In this document: positions 62,392-64,000 of the stretch, piece by piece
Layout: every line of letters begins with the position of its first letter
Position numbering within the stretch: the first letter of the stretch is position 1
Assembly: GCA_024679065.1 (NCBI GenBank)
Contig: JAGIQG010000001.1
Coordinates: 109,430,001 to 109,494,000 of the forward strand
Direction of reading: 5' to 3'
DNA from: Sphyrna mokarran
Taxonomy: Eukaryota
Length of the DNA stretch: 64,000 nt
Position numbers and translations under genes: made by a program
The notes under the pieces: generated by a model
The model's input: the letters and a program-made list of their open reading frames with translations, nothing else
Databases searched by the model: none
What the model was told of the DNA's origin: nothing

Positions 62392-62565
62392 GTCAATCCA
62401 CCTAACCGGCATATCTTTTGGACTGTGGAAGAAAACCGGAGCACCTGGAGGAAACTCACACAGGCACGAAAACAACGTGTAAACTCCACACTGGCAGTCA
62501 CACAAGGCCGGAATCAAACCTGGATCCCTGGCACTGTGAGGCAACAGTGCTAACCACTGTGCAAC
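62392..62565 (-). mobile_element. HE1-type V-SINE (partial)
   Basis: Reverse-complemented head and core. Confidence 0.85.
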
Positions 62566-62759
62566 CCAGAATTATACTCTTCTCCCATCCAACACTCTGT
62601 AAATCAACTTGGTCAGCAAACTAGGATTTTAGAATCATTGACCAATTTTACTCATCTTAAAAACAAAAAAAGTCCTTTTTCCTTGTTTTTAATTTTCAAA
62701 AGATAAACTGAGGTCCAAAATGAAATTCTGGATTTTTACCAAATAGCAGTTCACAAGCT

Positions 62760-63640
62760 GTGAGCATGGGTGCAAACTGATTCCATCCAAATTACACCCG
62801 TGTCTATCAGGTTCTCTATCCATTGACTATGCTGCTGAGGCTTGCCACAAACTCAGCACTTGTTTAAAAATAAGAGTGAGATGACAGAAGTTTCTTATCC
62901 GGTAAGGTCTGGCAGTCTAGAATACGTGAATCCAGATGTCAGCATTTATATTGTTGAAAAATGCTAAAATTAAACTTTTGTTTCAGGAAGGTGAGATTTT
63001 AATTTCTTGTCAAAAGAACATTTATATCAGAAGAGCATTTATTGTCAGTCAGTTCAAGTTTTGAATTCAAAAGCACTTAATAATGAGGTCTGTGAAGCTG
63101 ACCTTATTGCCACAATTCTGCATGGCCTTCCTTGATGAAATGGAAGAGGAGGAGCAAATGCACCAGAGAAAGGTCTGACTGCTTTAAAGGAAGATGTTAT
63201 GTAAAAGAATTACGTAATTACTTCAGTATATGCTTTTTCAACAGCAAAAATATCACCTTTAAGTCATTAGTCTCTTGAGACATCTTACTATTTTCTTGCT
63301 GTTGACTATCAATTTCCATCAGTTGATCAACTGCATGTACTTTAAAATAACTGCTCCTTGTGCCCATTTCTTTCCTTTCTTCTTTTTTCTTCTGTTTAGC
63401 CTCTAACAGTTCTTTCATCAATCTTGCTATTACCACATCCTTCCATTCTTTTTCTGCAATTTTCCTTCATATTGTCAATGTCCTTGAGCTAATTTGTGTT
63501 TTTCACACATAAATCAACATTTTGCTTTTCTCTTGGTCATGCAAGTTTCGTCCCATTCCTTAGCTTCTTCCAGATGGTCAGATGCAATCGTGATCACTCG
63601 TACTCATCTGTCTTTCAAAACTAATTACTTATCCCAACAC
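62760..63640 (-). mobile_element. Possible heavily decayed endogenous retrovirus gag/pro-pol remnant
   Basis: Purine-rich coding-like minus strand: RKIAEKEWKDVVIARLMKELLEAKQKKKEERKE (coiled coil), GAFAPPLP (PSAPP-like) at ~63140-63165 and IENLIDTGVI at ~62790-62820. Confidence 0.3.
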
Positions 63641-64000
63641 TATTCCACCCTGTTTTTCTTCCCACTTTTAAATCCCATGGTGAGTGCCACTAAATTTGTA
63701 GGTCAATGCCTTCCCTCATACACTTTAATTCTCATTTCCAGCCTAAATCTGAAAAGGTGGGGATAAAGTGTCACAGTACACAACTTAATCTTCTTTCAAT
63801 TGTCTATTGTAACAATGATAACATATAGCTATCTGTATCCTATTTCTTTTACTTTCAATCAATACCCACAAGTTCTGTTCCTTTTCACTGGCTTTAATGT
63901 TTGAACCATGCTCACCCTGACAATCACGCAAGGAAGGGTGTTCCCATCTATAGTTATTTTTGCAAGTCTCTCACAATGATTATTGGTTGACTACGTTCAT

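Larger units (their letters stand above)
58190..62392 (+). repeat. Segmental duplication block, copy 2
   Basis: See copy 1; the two differ by independent SINE insertions and deletions. Confidence 0.9.

Overview
This is repeat-dense, intron- or intergenic-like eukaryotic DNA. It is almost certainly from an elasmobranch (shark or ray), given about 13 HE1-type tRNA-derived V-SINEs, CR1 LINEs with TTCTATG tails, Penelope, Harbinger, Rex1 and Tx1 elements. I recognise no intact known protein-coding gene, and most of the ORF track is noise or decayed transposable elements (TEs). The best-resolved elements are a full-length decayed Mag/Gypsy LTR element (5444-11184, target-site duplication [TSD] GAATG, tRNA-Ser primer site), a Harbinger element nested in it (8438-9692, TSD AAT), a C2H2 zinc-finger pseudogene, two related solo LTRs and a Penelope insertion. 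The most unusual structure is a tandem family of about 2.7-3.1 kb units (34.2-46.8 kb, plus a sixth copy at 55.8-58.2 kb). Each unit carries a decayed, roughly 400-codon acidic, internally repeated ORF of unknown identity, joined back-to-back to an opposite-strand coding-like segment. This cargo lies between remnants of the two convergent genes of a Harbinger transposon, so it looks like a cargo-carrying Harbinger that was amplified in tandem and then caught in a larger duplication (50.3-55.2 kb vs 58.2-62.4 kb). Also present are a CpG-enriched, TE-free island with a candidate three-exon minus-strand gene (20.1-21.8 kb), a pair of duplicated exon-like segments, and several short locally templated insertions and inversions. 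All calls were made by eye. Boundaries without a stated TSD or terminal inverted repeat (TIR) are approximate.
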